The position numbers were made by a program, and so were the translations under genes. Of a DNA stretch of 60,782 nt, positions 20,801-31,900 are shown piece by piece (position 1 is the stretch's first letter; every line of letters begins with the position of its first letter). This stretch comes from Bacteroidales bacterium (GTDB taxonomy: Bacteria > Bacteroidota > Bacteroidia > Bacteroidales > CAIWKO01): NCBI GenBank assembly GCA_035389045.1, contig DAOORA010000002.1, forward strand, positions 78,957-139,738, in the 5' to 3' direction. The notes under the pieces were generated by a model. The model was not told the DNA's origin. It worked only from the letters and a program-made list of their open reading frames with translations, and did not search any database.

Positions 20801-22462
20801 CATCAGCACGCCGGTCCAGTCATATGGGGTTTGCAGAACGCCGTCCAGTTTCCATGCTATAGTAACTTTTTTCAAAGTATCAACAGCGTAGTTTTTAAAG
20901 TTCAGTGTTACAGGGTAATTTACTCCCGTATTGAGCAAACCCGTCGGGGTAAGTATTTGATATACCCCGGCATCCTGTGAAAAATTTGCAACAGGAAATG
21001 TAAATTTGATGTTGGGCCTGATTTTAGAATTTCCATCATACAGCGGAGGTGTTTCGCTATCGGCATAACCATATACGACAAGCACATCAGAACCGGAACT
21101 GTAATCCGTTCTGTACACATTATACTGATCGCCGGAAGCACAGTAATTACCATTATCTCCCCATAATACCTCGACAATCAGATTGTCGGTGCCATTATAT
21201 GAAAAATCATTAATATCAAAGGTGTGCCAGCCCGTAGTGGCCATCTGATAGTAATCTGCACTTGAAAACACTGTGGTGGCCGAGGTCATATCTTCATAAG
21301 CCGTACCTAATGTGGTCAATGACGTTGGCTTTATTTTTATCGTGAAATTCAGCAAATGCCGGTCGAGAGGTTCTGCGGTTATGTAACTTAAATTGAACGC
21401 CAGATGAGTTATAGCTCCCGATTTATTGATCTCGGAAGCCTTGTACAGCATCTGAGATCTGTTATTTTCATAATAATTGTCAAAAGGGTAATAATTGTTC
21501 GTAGTGACTGTTCCTGTGCCAATAACAACTTCAGGCGGCCCCTGTTTGATAAAGAACCAGTAGTCGCTGCTGACAACAGAATTATGATTGGGAGCATTAT
21601 CAAAAGCAAATACCTTGTAATCTATCCTGTTTTGATAAGAATAACTTGGGATAGTGCCGGTATAAGTACTGTCCGAAACCCATAACATGGGAATGTACTG
21701 GTTTGCTCCTCCGTTTAATTTATATTCAATATAAGCCGTATCGATACCCGAAGCATCCTTAATGTATGCGCTTACATTAAAAGGCCCTGTGGTGTATATG
21801 GTATCCTGAAAAACAGGAGGTTTCATAGTTAGTTTGGGAGGAAAAAGTTCAGAAACTGCGCCAATGACATTAATATCATCAATATACCAGCCATGATTTC
21901 CCTGGCTGCCGTCGCCGTTGTCTATAAGTGTAAAACGAACCCTGACGTTGCTGGCATTTCCGGCAATGGCAGAAATATCAAACATTTCGTTTTTCCACCA
22001 GCTCTGCTGGGGTTTTTCCGTAGGGGTACCCGGCAGCCAAACCAAAGGATAAGTACCTGCCGAGAAATGATACGTCTGTGCAACAAATTGCGATCCGGGC
22101 TGGTTGATATACTGCGTGGTAAGTTTTATCCACGGGCCGCCGTTGACCGAAACCTCCACCTTTGCCGTATCCTGCAATTGTACTTTACAGATATGGGAAA
22201 AATTCAGATAAACAACCGGATAGCCAACGGTACTGAAGGATTGCGTGGTCAGATAGGAAGTGTCCCCAACAGCAGCATAGCTGGAGTCGCATTGTGTTCC
22301 CGAATGAAACAAACGGGCGTTGATCGCAAACAATGGATTCCCGCTTGCGGTCACACTGTCTGCGTTACTTGCCGGTTCAAAGTTTTCGTGAAAAACAACA
22401 GTCTGCGCATTAGTCATAGTCGCCGTAATTAGCAACATCAATAAAAATAAAAACTTTTTCAT
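11828..22462 (-). CDS. Giant T9SS-secreted multidomain surface protein, paralog 2 (3544 aa; adhesin-like)
   Basis: Same domain order as paralog 1, plus one extra CARDB + cleaved-adhesin-like unit. Signal peptide ending TNA-Q; GEVED (YGETEDY); CTD LYQNVPNPA...TKRMVIAR. Confidence 0.9.
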   Translation of the reverse strand: MKKFLFLLMLLITATMTNAQTVVFHENFEPASNADSVTASGNPLFAINARLFHSGTQCDSSYAAVGDTSYLTTQSFSTVGYPVVYLNFSHICKVQLQDTAKVEVSVNGGPWIKLTTQYINQPGSQFVAQTYHFSAGTYPLVWLPGTPTEKPQQSWWKNEMFDISAIAGNASNVRVRFTLIDNGDGSQGNHGWYIDDINVIGAVSELFPPKLTMKPPVFQDTIYTTGPFNVSAYIKDASGIDTAYIEYKLNGGANQYIPMLWVSDSTYTGTIPSYSYQNRIDYKVFAFDNAPNHNSVVSSDYWFFIKQGPPEVVIGTGTVTTNNYYPFDNYYENNRSQMLYKASEINKSGAITHLAFNLSYITAEPLDRHLLNFTIKIKPTSLTTLGTAYEDMTSATTVFSSADYYQMATTGWHTFDINDFSYNGTDNLIVEVLWGDNGNYCASGDQYNVYRTDYSSGSDVLVVYGYADSETPPLYDGNSKIRPNIKFTFPVANFSQDAGVYQILTPTGLLNTGVNYPVTLNFKNYAVDTLKKVTIAWKLDGVLQTPYDWTGVLMQDVVSTTLNMGNINVSTTGLHTIRAWTELPNDSVDQNQSNDTVSLSFYACASSLSGPYTIGPSGADFPNFSTALITMQNCHVSGPVIFNVQPGTYTEQLNFPEIAGASDTNTITFQSSTGVNTDVTLRYATTSSGNYVVKLDGADHFRFKNMTLRSTGKAYACVLAINGNAINNQFDGNRIIGKDTALNSVNIALVNSASGTTSIDSLSVFNNNTFTGGSYGIYFYGGSSTALENKTSITNNTFTNQYLSGIYLGYHNAPVISGNTITTNSGYTPFNGIYTYYCDNNMQILKNKIVMANGGYGIQVYYCDGVAGKPGLIANNAISIGGSTTTYGIYDNYSSYQNIYYNSVNVYTNYSTARAMYLYGGTTYLNHRFKNNIFAYTGANTSGVSFYVGTPAMVSASDYNDLFSTGTNLGYWSALRANLAAWKTASAKDTNSVSAQPSFFSPTDLHTLSSAINAHATPITGITGDIEGNPRNATQPDIGAYEFDIPARNLGITAVTQPLSSCGLTANETLMIKIKNTGLGAIDTTEVYYILDNGTPVHETVYDTILPDSTYTYTFAQQLDLSATGAHTLKVYIHAIGDLIPLDDTATRVIENGYDFNSGPYTMGFEASENYSAWSVFSENGGTYTYQIPYVGYAHTGSNSARFYNSSSNTLTDWMFSRCFTLEAGKRYQISFWYRAESASYPQTAALKFGNSATPAGMTNTLLTLSGFTNTTYQQVVCQVAPSVTGVYYFGWQASSPPSIYYHFIDDINISIVPDHDGACVSIIAPVTGCSLTNAEPVTVRFKNTGAMPIDTTDLYYVMNNGTPVHETLYYTIQPDSAYSYTFAQTVDMSVYGDYTFDAYIKVPGDTLPANDTVNNYLVNTGFDLSLNNYTMGFEASEDVSLWSKLDVNGDNTTWTYPYSSTTYSRTGSNSARYNYNSSNTADDWLFSRCFPLMAGSTYKIEFWYRSQNTTDIESMELKLGTSATPAAMTTMLVSLPSFAVTTYQKASAQFIVPATGSYYFGWHAYSIANAYNIYIDDINISYVPEQEAALLSIVSPQTGCGLSNAEPVTLQIKNTGSDTIQGNFSGYYVFNGGSVISELITDTIVPGDTIDFSFSQTVDLQVLASDSIFPLTTWISLAGDPFQTNDTLSAMINSMHVPNPPVTINDTVSFGTSATLQAISPDSVYWYDVPVGGVVVGTGHTFVTPPLFNMGVYYAEVSTMSGSDSLNTVFNGSTTCAGGNMFDLEPLGSNLSVTGFNVRPNVAGAFTVGVYTKQGSYSGSEITPAAWTLLGTYNASSTATGAMTYVDVDDFLVLSGQVTGVYLYFNATYSSLTSVTTYTNTDLKLTSGVGLCSLFGDINVPRGFNGTVLYDKSGCPSARVPDTAFLSLYPKEASIVSVTSPVAGCNDGVANISVLVSNNGMDTLTGNLTVNYTVNGSPVVSEIIPGTIYPGDTVPYTFTSPLTTGLSQANLDTTFNLVTYIELAGDPYPANDTLHSLFDMLYTPPAPAVANITIPYATTGTIHAVSSDSVSWFDVPTGGTAISNSAYFTTPVLYNTTVYYAEAVSGSLDQHVGPFDNTIGGGGAVDYSYYLIFDVLSSIVNIKGVYVYPGASGDVVLYIANSSGTVLTTITYPVTTPNVKTYIPVDYDLPAGTNYRMGFNSASPGVSLYRNTDGAAYPYTLPGVISITGNSFTGYPQYYYYFYDWVVGSGGSGCTSTRVADTVFVSGVPACDVSVLDIYEPNTGIELSTTEPVTVKIRNYGSAPAVKVPIHYTVNGGTPVNDTVQGPVASNDTAVFTFAVTADLSVIGTHVIEVYTDMACDATHVNDTAQKTVICQPLAYCTSTSTSPTSYGDIGNVTLSNINNGIAVPVTNNASAINGYSDFTASLPAVQLNSANTYPISVSIISHTTFSSTYVKTFIDYNRDGVLDPTAELVFGALATATAPTVTGNITIPVTAVIGLPLRMRVVAEQTTVASNVEPCGNYLYGETEDYTVMISPQIPHDAGAITVIEPLATETEGESVPVRVIIKNFGSDTIHNTSNMMVAYSHNGGAVQSLIWNGGDILPLATDTVVLPDITVTANANTICARTQLPGDIYAFNDTVCKNFHGTPLYDAGVIAFLQPANQLVSNTVETVSVIFRNFGADTLTSLNLAYSVNGVVQATQPWTGSLLPNGTDTVTFTQTFTVPSLGFDLCAYTSLTTDPNHGNDTLCITPFGVISSTLPYYDNFDGPVVYWSQTNATSTSITKWELGQPGYGTTNSVHSAPNAWDVNLDTNYFVSANTMLYTQYFDFSSAVNARMKFWINYNVESGYDGTRIDYTTDNGVTWNVLGIYNDPQGLNWYNDETIVSSGNQPGWTGTSSGWKYCEYKLGILNNVPMVRFRFVFTSDGSVNYDGVSVDDFAITLPYPQDAGVQLIKTPAVQAPAGSSAVVKARIKNFGTDTLHSIPVSYRLGLTGTPVTQTWTGTLNPEDTTTLTFTAPMTIPAGAFDLYAYTGLSADGDHVNDTAVNHITGVPFYNVPYSDDYEGLVTWFGAGTSNLWEWGVPAATLIDSAYSPTHAWVTNLDGDYINSAIEYLYSPLFMFTGVDSAYLEFWHWYDTETNYDGGQVEYSINNGTWTTLGTLADPNGVNWYNSTASGFPCWAGSSNGYVYSKYRLTAIPNIVNATTPVQFRFKFFSDVSGVNEGWAIDNFAITAPPIPQDAGVIAILQPNAATQTGSPVTVQVTIKNFGTANLTSFPVRYVVNNGAVTSETWTGSLTPGNTVNYTFSSTYASPATTYNLCAFTKATGDIYTFNDTICASFGTTPAPHDVGISAILAPGATTIFGQADTVKVRIKNYGLGVETSIPLVYLRNSVQVGAGVWTGTLNGGDSVDYAFTTLNVSPIGNYSLCAKTTLTGDANSLNDQVCIYPYGQVGIESYDYSGFVLYQNVPNPAGNLTDIVFYVPESDRARFEMYDVLGKAIRAEDMDVVKGENRINLNAAMLPDGIYFYSVSYQGEKQTKRMVIAR

Positions 22463-22501
22463 AACCTATTTTTTTAATTATTATTTCTGTTAATAGTCAC
22501 A

Positions 22502-22509
22502 CAAAAATA
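22502..22509 (-). promoter_or_regulatory. Candidate -7 promoter box (TATTTTTG) for giant gene 2
   Basis: TAnnTTTG match about 40 nt upstream of the ATG, followed by an A-rich leader. Confidence 0.5.
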
Positions 22510-22953
22510 CATTATATCATTAATAAAAGCTCGATTCGTTGCAAATAAACAGTTAAAATATGTTAATTCATAAAAACAAAGTATATATGATGGGTTGTAC
22601 AATGCTGTTTTCACGTAATAACATATTACCCACAACGATCTATACCGATACGGTATCTGCAAAACGTCCATTTATTAACAATAAACCGAAATCACTGGCA
22701 GTATAATGTAAAACTAAAATTCCGGACTTCTCCCCTTGCCGGAAGCCTGTTCAATTTATTGTCGTATAGAATACTATTCAAAATACCGTCATAAACCTTT
22801 TTTAGTAAATCAAATAACTAAAACTGATTTAGTACATATTTATCATGCAGCAATTAGCAAGAAATTACAGCACGACAAAACAAGCCATTTATTTCTTATC
22901 CGTTAGCTGCTGATATAGCAACCCGTTCCTCAAATTCAAAAAGTCACGCCACC

Positions 22954-25900
22954 TTACCTTACCACGATCATCCTCCTGGTGAGCTTTTTGTTTGAATATT
23001 CCACCGAATAAAAATACACTCCGGAAGGAACATCGCGGATATCCAAATCCATCCTGTTCTCTCCCCGCACTGCATCAAACTCTTTTCTCATCAGCACTTG
23101 TCCGAAAATATCGGAAAGTTCAAAGCCGGCAGAACCGGTCGTCGGGACATAAAACAATATTAATGTGCGGTCCATAGCCGGATTGGGAATGTTTTGCAAC
23201 AGTTCAAAATGCGTGTAGTCGTAGTCTTCTATTCCTGTTCCTATAGGATAAATACATATCTGATCATTAAGAGGATCAGCATCACCTGTCAATATTGTTT
23301 TTGCACAAATGTTATAGTTTCCGGAAGGAGATATAAAGGTGGTGGCAAAAGTATAATCCGCAGAATCTCCCGCAGCTATGGTTCCGGCGTAAGTTCCGGC
23401 ACCGGTCTGGACAAAATTGCGGAAATATACTACTGAAATCCCCGATTGTGGCGCTGTTCCATAATTTTGGATCCGGACTGACACCGTAACGGGATCTCCG
23501 GGTGTGGTGACCGTTCCCGGCGTAAGGATCTTTGAAATTCCCAGGTCATTAGCCGCTGGTGAGGTGGTAATGGTAGTGCACAGGGTATCGTTGGCCCAAT
23601 ATATATCTCCGTTTCTCCTCGTAAAGGCACAGAACGAATAGGCGGTTCCTGGGGAAGTGTAGGGTGTGGTAAACGTATAATTCACTGTCTGCCCTGGCTG
23701 CAGGGCACCATACCATGTTTCAGCCACGACGGCACCACCGTTGACAAAATAACGCACAGGAACTTTCTGCAAGGTATCCGTTCCATAATTCCGTATTACT
23801 ACCTGTACCGTAACAGAACTTCCCGTCATGACCGGTGAAGCCGGATGGATGATCCCGGAAATACCAGCATCCTTTGGAATTGCCGGAGCTGTTATCGCAA
23901 AATCATCAATGGCCCAACCGTCATAATTACATACAGAGGTATTTGAATTGAACTTATACCGGAAACGGACAGGTACTGTAGCATTAATAATTGCCGGAAC
24001 AGAAGTCAGGCGATACTTCGAATATACATAGCCCGATGAATTCCCTGACCAGCAAGGCAGACCACCCACCAATGCGTTGTACCAGTTCACCCCCTGCGGA
24101 TCTGCCTGAGAGCCCAGGATCACCCATGATGTCCCGTTATTAACGGTATATTCTATAAGTCCGTAATCACTGCCGCTCTGTGTGTGATACCAATGCCAAA
24201 ATTCCAGGTAAGCGCTGTCAACTCCGGTAAAATAGAACCATGGTGAATACAGGTAACTCGTCGCATTATTTATATAATTACCGTCAATATTTGTTTTCCA
24301 GGCATGTGCAGGACTATGGGCTACATTTATTGGTGAAGAGGAAGGCGCTCCGTATTCCCATAGGTTGGGGACACCATAACTCACCCAGTAATTATCTGCC
24401 TCAAGACTATCACTGTATGGAACGAAATATTTGGGGACACCCATGATCCGGGCACGGCAGGTATCGTTAAGGTGGTCACCGTCACCGGTAAGCTGCGTGT
24501 AGGCATAAATCGTGAACTCGCCGGCAGGCACAGTGAACGGTGTTGCAATGGTGACCATGGCCGAATCGTTCGACAACAGTACGCCTGACCAGTTAAATGT
24601 GATTACGGGCCCTGCCGCGTTTATTTTATAGGCTATCGGTACACTTTGTAATATACTGGTACCATAATTACGCAGACGAACTTTTAACTGAACTGATGAA
24701 CCGGCCTGTGCCATAACTTTGGGGTCACTCACGGCCTCCACGCCAACATCTTTAAGAGTAGGTTTATAAATTGCAAAGTTATCTATCGAAAGACCAACGC
24801 CATTGGTAGAAGCATCGGATGAAAACACAAAGCGGAACCTTACGACAGGTATATTATTTAATACTGACAACTTATAATAACATGACCTCCATACTAAGGT
24901 ATTCCCTGACCATCCGGGTTTGCTGCTGGATACCAGGGATGCCGTATTATACCAGTTCGACCCGTTGGGATCGCTGACTATGCCCAGCACATTCCAGGTG
25001 CTTCCCGTATCTGTAGTGTATTCTATTCTGAATCCATCAGCGCCGTTTTGTGAATTCAGATTAAACCAGAACTTCATCCTCATATCCACAGCATTGGAAA
25101 AATCAAAGTTCTGGGTATAGAGCATTGAATTGGCGCTGTTGCCATAGGGTTCACTCAGGTTGATGTCCCATGAACTCCATGGGGAAAAGGCGCTGTTGGT
25201 GGTTCCGTATGAAGGCTGGCCCAACTCCCATACTGATCCTGCTGAAGATACGGCCATCCAGTTCACAATGCCATCATCAAAATTGTCATAGTAAGGCAAC
25301 GCACTGGTAAACACCCCATAAGAGTTCTGATAAAGGGTATCGTTGATGTGGTTTGAATCTGCAGGGAAAGAAGTGTATGCACAGATCGTGAAACCTGCCG
25401 AAGGCACAGCATAGGTCTGTGTGAAAGTAATAGTATCATAGGAATTGGGCAGAAGTGAACCGGTCCAGGGCTGTGTGGCCTGCAAAACTCCGTTCAGCTT
25501 ATAACACAGGTTTATCGAAGTAATAGCGCCTGCGCCAAAGTTTTTCATGACCACCCTGACCGGGGATAAAGATCCGGAAACAGATTGCGAACCGGGTTCC
25601 AGTATTGCTACAATTCCGGCATCATGCAAAGGCGTCCCGGCAAATGTTTTACAATAGGTATCATTAAATGTATTGCTGTCGCCTGCAAGTTGCGTGTATG
25701 CGCACAGCGTGTTCAGATTGGGCATGACGATGAGGTTGGGTAGTGTTGCGGTATCGGATTGAAGCGGAGGAATATCACCTCCGTTCCAGATTGCCGTTTG
25801 CGGCGCCTGCCCGTTATGGGTGAAAGCGACCACCATATTCGAAGTGTTCCGGATCGTATCAGTACCGAAGTTCCTCACAATAACTTTCACCGGTATCACG

Positions 25901-28900
25901 GCTGCTTCACTTTCCACAGCCGATGGCTGAATAATTCCAATAACGCCGGCATCATGGGGGATTTGCGGGGAAATGAACAGAAAATAATCTTCGGTTTCAC
26001 CGTAGGAATAGGTTCCGCAGGGATTAGCGGTTCCCGCCCTGTCCATGACAATCCTCATCCTGGTGTTCATACCGGTCACCACGCCCGTCACAGGTATTGA
26101 TATGGTACCTGATACAGTGGGGCTTGTCGAGGAAATGGTAACTCCCGAAAATGCCATTTCGGCAGGGGTATCAAAAACCCCGTTCCTGTTATAGTCAATG
26201 TAAGCTTTTACGCCGGTAGGATAAAAAGTATTGCCGCTTTCGATCTGTGAAACCGAGAACTGGTAATTCGAGCCTACTGTGACCGGCGTGGCCGGCAAGC
26301 TGGTGTAATCGGTGTAATTATGCGTTACCGTTGTATTGCCAAGTACCGGTAAGGGATTACCATTGTTAAGGGTTCCAAAGGTAACATTTCCGATATTTTC
26401 ATACAGGTAAAGCGAATTGGAAGCACAGTATGGTATCGGGCTGCAGACAACGTCTTTATGTAAAGTATCATTAATATGAGTCAAATCACAGGACAGGGTT
26501 GTGTACACTGAAATGTTATAAGTTCCATACGCCGATAAGTCAGCATGTGTGGCAAACGTAAACAATGCGGTATCATTGGAAGCTACGGGACCCGGGATGA
26601 CCTCTGTTACCACAGCACCACCGTTTATCGAATAATGTACCGGAATATTACTTGCGGGAGCTGTCCCGTAATTTTTAACCTTAACCGTGATAACTTCATC
26701 ATCGGTGAGGTCTATGGCGGAGTTGGGAGCATAAATATTCACTACGCTCATGTCACAGGCAGGAACGCCCGTAACAAATACAGTATCCGGCATCCGTGCG
26801 CTGGCGCATCCCGAGCCGGAACCTTTTACGACTACCGAATCAATATACCATCCGTCGCTGGCAACAGAACCGTCGGTATAAAAAACGAAGGCGATACGCA
26901 TTGAATCCGCACCCGCCGTGTTGATAGTGCCGGCATGTGACTGATAGGGCGCGGTATTTGAATAGGAATAGTAGGTACCGCTGGAACATGAGTGTGCCAT
27001 GGGTTCATAACTTATGGAATACGAGCCTGTATAAGATCCGGTGGTCAGTGTGAGAGGTGTCCATTGGTTATTATTTAGCTTATACATAACATAACCGTGG
27101 TCACAACAGGATTCTGTGGTATATCTGTGCCGGTATTTCAGCGTTACCGTGGAGGCGCCGGACAAATTAATCACTGGGGATTTAAGCACCTGACTGGACG
27201 TGGTTCCCACATCCTGTGCAAAAGCTGCACCGGTACCGCCGTCACTCGCCCAGACCCAGGTGGTTGAAAATCCGCATGATGCGGTTGATGTCCATCCTTC
27301 AAGGCCGGAATTGAATGTCCAGTAGCTGGTGCCTCCGGTGGCATAGGCCTCAGCATAATAGACAGTATTATTATAAATCAGTGGCGTAACATACGTAGAT
27401 GTATTTGCCAAAGGAGTACCGCCCGTGGCAACATCATACCATCGAATGGAATCTGCTGAAACAGCATGTAATGTGGCTTGAGTGGCATAGGGAACTGTAA
27501 CATTGTTCACTACCGGCACAGCGGGGGTATAAAGCAATGTCAGGGATTCCGTTGTGGTGTCATTTTGTAAAAAGGAATCGCCGGCCAGCACAACATATGC
27601 CGTAATATTATATACGGAATCCTGATTCGATTGTGAGAGGCCTGTCATGAAAGGTGCCGTAAAAGTAAAAGTTGTTGTATCTCCCGGTAAAATGGTGTTT
27701 GTCACAGGCTGGGTTTGCGGGCTGCCTCCATTAATGGTGTAAGCTGCTGTCAGATTCCCGTTAATAGTGTTTAATCCGTTGTTTCTGATTTTTATGGAAA
27801 TATTTTCAGACCCTCCAACACAACCATCCACAGGCGACACAATGGAAATAGCCGAAGCATCATAAGGATTCAGCTGAACGAAGGCGGTATCAGGTATTCT
27901 CGGACTGGCACATCCGCCCATTCCTCCGCTGACGGTAACTTCATCAATAAACCAGCCGGTGGAGGCAACTGAACCATCCGAAGTGAATACAAAAGCAAGC
28001 TGTATCGTTGACGCCCCCCCATTAGAAATATTACCGGAACTTGTGATATAGGCCGACTGTGTTCCCGCATAACAGCTTTTTGTATTGGAAACACAAGAAT
28101 TCAGCGGATCATAATCAATGTTCTGAGAATTGGTATACGTATTTATGCCGGGGACAAATGTTGTCCATGCCCCGTTGTCGAGCCGGTAGGCCATATAACC
28201 CTCGTCACAACAACTTTCCGTACCATAACGGTGCCGGAATGAAATCGAAATATTTGCCGCCCCGGAGATCATGACTGACGGAGAAGTGACCAGTTGATAT
28301 GCATTGACGCCGGGATCGCTGGCAAATAAAGCGCCTGCTCCTGCATCACTGGCCCACGACCAGTTGTAGGCGGATGAACACGGGTTTTGAACGGTCCATC
28401 CCTGCAAGGTATTATCAAAAGTCCACGTGGTCGTTCCGCCCGCCGATAAAGCCTGTGCATAATAAACCGTATTGACATACAAAGCCGGGGTTGTATAATA
28501 AGCCCCGGTGCAAAGATATGTACCTCCTGAAGGGACATCATACCAATAGATCATATCCCCGGAAATGGCGTGCATGGTCGCAGTACCGCCAAAAACCGTC
28601 GTATCGTTTATTGTTACCGGGCTGGCAGGCACATGCGAAGAAGCAATGTCCTTGGTAAGTGTATCGTTATAGTGGAATGGGTCGTTGACCAAAGATATCC
28701 ATACCTTGAGCGGAAAAACAGAATCCTGCGAAACGACATGGGCATCAGCTGTCTGAGAAAATGAAAATGCCAGCGTATCATTCGGGGCTATTGTTCCTGT
28801 CACGGCCTGCGACACCACCGGGCCGTTTTTAAAAGTATAATAGGCAGTTAAATTACCATTGATAGTCGCAGCGCCTGTATTTTGGATAAGAATATCAACG

Positions 28901-31900
28901 GATTCGCTACTGGTAAGCCCGCAGGCAGAAACCGGATTGACAATCGATACTAGTGCAGCCTCTTGCGGTGGTAAAAGAGAAATATTTATATCATCAATAA
29001 ATGCATAATAGGAACTTGGCGCACTGTGTCCCCACCATCCGAAATAATAGGATCCTGAAGATACCGGAATGAAAAACACTGTGGCCTTCTGATAGGTGGT
29101 ATTATTCAGGTTATTCAATGTGGTGAGGCTTGAGGTCATTGCTGCCGGAGTGGCCGACATTCCTGCTTTAAGGTCAATGATTTGGGGATAACTGGCATTG
29201 GAAACCTTGTACCAGAATTCAATTTTATAGGTTGACCCCGCATTAAGCGTGAAACATCTCGTAAACAACCAGTCGTTACCGGTATTGACAACCCCCGTGT
29301 ACAGCCTTGAACTTTTCACTCCGGTATGCGCATTGGCCGCATCAGAATATGCCATGGTCCATCCGGCGTTATCTCCGTTCACATCCATGGTTGACCAGTC
29401 ACTGAAATTTTCAGTAGCTTCAAAACTCATGGTGTACGCGCCAAGATTAAAATCATAGCCGCTGTATACGCTGTAATTGCTTATTGTGTCATTGAGCTGA
29501 AGGGTATCTCCGGTCATATGAACCCATGCCTTGAACGTATAGATTCCGGGTGATGTCAGATTGGCCTGTTGGGTAAATGTATATAAATATACCGAGTCAG
29601 GCTGTATCGTATGCGACATGACTTCATGCACCGCAGGCCCGTTATTTAAACAATAGTAAACATCGGCCGTTGTAAGTGGTGCAGAACCGGCATTTTTCAG
29701 GCGTACCGTGACATTGCTGGGTGAAACAGCGCCACAACTGTTAACCGGGGCGGTAAAATCAAGTATTCCTATATTGGCAGCAGGAACATCAAACTCACTG
29801 GCGCCAATATCCGGTGTCGTTGCATTACGCAGATGGTTGTCAATATCGTCCGTAACCTCATTCAGATGAACAGCTTTTCCGTTTATTGATGAAGAAAAAG
29901 TATGAAGGTCTGTATTGGAAATAAAAGAAGGATCAACAGATACAGAGTTGGAATCTTTTGAACTGGCAGTTCTCCATGCCGCAAGGTCTGTCTTCAACCC
30001 GTTCCAGTAACCGAGATTGGTTCCTGTGGAATAAAGGTCGTTATAATCCATAGCAGTTATCGAAGCAGGATAACCGATATATATGGCCACCCCCCCGGTA
30101 CTGGTACCCATATATGCAAAAATATTGTTTTTTATATAATGATAAAGGCTGGATGTTGTTCCGGAAAGATTAAACGCTCTTGCGGTAGGGGCATCAGAAT
30201 ACACATTAACACTGTTGTAATATATTTTCTGGTAACTGCAGTAGATCGGATAAATTCCATAAGAAGTGTTATTGCCACTGACACTGACCATGTTGTTAGC
30301 GATCAGAGCTTCTTTTCCAAAAGCGCCGTCACAATAATATATATAAATGCCATACCCGGAATTGTACCTGGTAATTTTATTTTTCAATATTTTTAACTGA
30401 TTATCACAGTATGCCGCGTATATCGAATAGGTCAATGTTGCGTAAGAAGAGTTCGAGGTAAAAGTATTTGATATGATTTCCGGGGCATTTTGATAATACA
30501 TATTAAGGCAGGTAGAATATTGATTGATGAAACTATTATTTTTTATAACTGTTTTATTTTCAAGTTGGTTGGCCAGGGAGCCCTGCCCATAAATATACAT
30601 GCCGTATGAGCCGTTTTCAATTATATTGCCGTCGAAGGTCATTACGGAATCCAATACGCTTGAACCACTTGGGGAATATACCACGGACATAACAATGTTT
30701 GCATTGGCGGTATTAACCCCTGAAAGCCTGTTATGATAAAAAGTGTTATATGTAGAGTTATTAGAATAGGTGATCACATTCCCATAGCTTGTCCCCAACG
30801 CTCTGATGGTCATATTTTTAAAAGTAAAAAAATCGGTACCGTTTAAATTAATAACATAGTTGTTTGCAGTGCCGGTGGCAGAATATTGAAGTATAACATC
30901 CGAATAATTTCCGGTAGCTGATTGGAAAGTAACAGTATTAGTGCTATTTACTCCGGTTATTTCGGGAATATTCATCTGCTCATTGTATGTCCCTGAAAGT
31001 ACATTAAAAATCACCGGGCCGCTAACGCCGCAATTCAGCAATGAATTGAGCGCCGAGGTAAAGGTCGGGAAATCTCCGCCGGATCCGATGGTATAAGGAC
31101 CGTTCAACAAACTTGAGCAGGCATAAAAACTTCCACTCAGGGTATCGTTTGCAGGTATTTCATCTGTACTGTCATTGGGTAATTCCGTCCATGCTTTTAT
31201 AGAATGACTGCCGGGTATTACATTAACATTCCCGATGGTAATGACATTCGAAGAAACCTGTTCGGCCAGCAAACCGTTCCAGAGAAAAGATGTCTGGGAC
31301 ACTCCATCGAGTGTCCAGGCAATATGGACTTTTTTTAATGTGTCCTGTGCGAAATTTTTAATCCGCAACTCAACAGGGTTGTTCACACCCGATAAAATAG
31401 TCCCTGTAGGTGCAATAATTTGCGTAACACCTGCATCTTCAGTTATAACCACCGTAGGCATGGTCAGCCGGATATTCGGCCGGTTGGTCTGCACGGTGCC
31501 TGCTGCCAGGGAACAACCAGCGCTTGAATTGGTATATTGTGTCCATGTTTTGCCTGCTGCTGAGGTACAATATACCGGTGAATTACCTGAAGTCGTCGTG
31601 TTGTCATAACAAATATTTACTAATAAATTGCTTGTCCCATTCCAGTTGAAAGGCGTTTGCAGGGGTATGGTCTGCCAGCCGATATTGGTAACTGTATAAG
31701 TTCCCGAATACACGGTGGTCCACCCGGAATTAACAAAGCCGGTCAGCGTATTCAGGCTGGTATGTTGCATTTGAATAGTAAACCCGTTCATGGCAATAGT
31801 CGAAGCGCTGGCCACATTAAAGGCTATACCGGTGATCAATCCGGCTATACCATCAGCCGCAGTTATTTCTGCAGCGGTATATATCATTTGTGTCCGGGCA

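Noticed and set aside
22474..22671. 65-aa ORF upstream of giant gene 2 as a leader peptide
   Set aside because: It spans the candidate promoter box at 22502-22509, has the composition of translated AT-rich intergenic DNA, and has no counterpart upstream of the other paralogs.
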